Virus record (IMG/VR): IMGVR_UViG_3300035498_000356
Coordinates: 1 to 64,000 of that record
Source: a virus
Taxonomy: Duplodnaviria > Caudoviricetes
DNA length: 64,000 nt
Reading direction: 5' to 3' (one strand)
The first letter of the stretch is position 1. Each line of letters starts with the position of its first letter. The position numbers were made by a program, and so were the translations under genes. The notes under the pieces are model-generated. The model did not search any database and was not told the origin of the DNA. It saw only the letters and a program-made list of their open reading frames with translations. Of this stretch, positions 63,127 through 64,000 are shown piece after piece.

Positions 63127-63494
63127 AAGAAAAATTCACAACTTGGACTGATACTTTTGTTGATAATGAGGGTAAGTCACATCATTTTATAATTGTTGCT
63201 CTTACTGAAATTATTGATCCAAGAGTGCTTGCATTTCCAGATGGGAATAGAACCAAATTAGTTAAAGGTGTTAAACTTGGATGGGCTATTTGTAATCCTA
63301 CTGATAAATTTGATACCCAGTTGGGTATTGAAATTGCAAAAGGACGTGCCAAAAAGAATTCTGAATATGCTTTAATGGCAAGTGAAAATGGATACATAAA
63401 TACCAATATGATTGTTGCATTTTTAGGACAAGAAGCTCAATTCTTTAAGTCTAATCCTGGAACTAAGATAGTAAAATATCGTAGAATTAAATGA
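63123..63494 (+). CDS. Conserved phage hypothetical protein
   Basis: GWAICNPTDKFD..GIEIAKGRA motif. Confidence 0.7.
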   Translation: MKEKFTTWTDTFVDNEGKSHHFIIVALTEIIDPRVLAFPDGNRTKLVKGVKLGWAICNPTDKFDTQLGIEIAKGRAKKNSEYALMASENGYINTNMIVAFLGQEAQFFKSNPGTKIVKYRRIK

Positions 63495-63826
63495 AAAAAG
63501 CTTTAAGTATTGCAATAATTATTATTGGATTACTTCTAGTATATATACTGTGTAACTGGTATTATACTCATAAAACAAATGTAGATTCAATAGATTATGT
63601 TGAACAAATAGATTCTATTGAATCTGCATTAGATGACCTGCAAGTAAAGAAAGACAGTACAAATTCACAGATAGAAGCAATAGTTATCAAAATAAAAGAG
63701 AATTCTGATAAGTATGAAAAAGTTAGTAATACTATTATTAACAACACTCCTACTGACGACTACTTGTTTTTCTCAAACTATATCAACTCAAACAAATCAA
63801 GACTCGATAGTTTATATAACTTCTGA
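63491..63826 (+). CDS. N-anchored coiled-coil membrane protein, i-spanin-like
   Basis: TM helix then coiled coil; overlapped by the next ORF. Confidence 0.6.
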   Translation: MKKALSIAIIIIGLLLVYILCNWYYTHKTNVDSIDYVEQIDSIESALDDLQVKKDSTNSQIEAIVIKIKENSDKYEKVSNTIINNTPTDDYLFFSNYINSNKSRLDSLYNF

Positions 63827-64000
63827 ACAACTTAAATATACGAATCTTATATTTGTAGAGCACGATAAGTTATTTAATGAAAATATTCTCTTAAATAAAC
63901 AAATTTCTAATTATCAGAATAAAGTGGATATACTTGAAAAATCTGATTCTTTAAGAAATGTAGAAGTAGGAGTATATAAAGATTTAAGTAGCAATTATAC
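63714..64000 (+). CDS. Signal-peptide protein overlapping the previous gene (partial, runs off window)
   Basis: MKKLVILLLTTLLLTTTCFSQ...; open to the end of the window. Confidence 0.55.
   Translation, partial: MKKLVILLLTTLLLTTTCFSQTISTQTNQDSIVYITSEQLKYTNLIFVEHDKLFNENILLNKQISNYQNKVDILEKSDSLRNVEVGVYKDLSSNY

Noticed and set aside
1-64000. Bacterial chromosome or integrated prophage
   Set aside because: No host housekeeping block, integrase or att junction; content is phage-like throughout

Overview
A 64-kb segment of a crAss-like (Crassvirales) phage with a Bacteroidetes host, inferred from TAnnTTTG/TTTG promoters, the MCP-portal-terminase block and large virion cargo genes. About 1-35 kb is the late/structural region. 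It uses a recoded genetic code (TAG read as an amino acid, almost certainly Gln), so the supplied ORF track shows these genes as fragments. I rebuilt them by hand, and a CUA-anticodon suppressor tRNA lies at 34580-34650. A GC-rich diversity-generating retroelement (DGR) is spliced in-frame into the tail region at about 6840-10346. It comprises the RT, an 83-bp template repeat inside the RT 5' end, and an internal variable repeat in a beta-helix-like protein. An iteron-bearing origin with an initiator-like gene sits at the strand switch (about 35.1-36.1 kb). About 36.3-64 kb is a + strand early/middle region in the standard code. It holds many small ORFs, two hammerhead ribozymes, a tRNA/tRNA-like array (43.3-46.3 kb), a TROVE/vWA (DUF2828-like) protein, an AAA ATPase, RNase H and one misplaced TAG-recoded zincin gene. 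The best candidates for something new are: (1) the tRNA array, whose spacers and altered anticodon arms carry segments antisense to translation-start regions plus repeated hairpin modules, a possible tRNA-punctuated antisense sRNA system with a Ro60-like partner; and (2) the atypical, cassette-swapped DGR. All coordinates were counted by hand and no database search was run.
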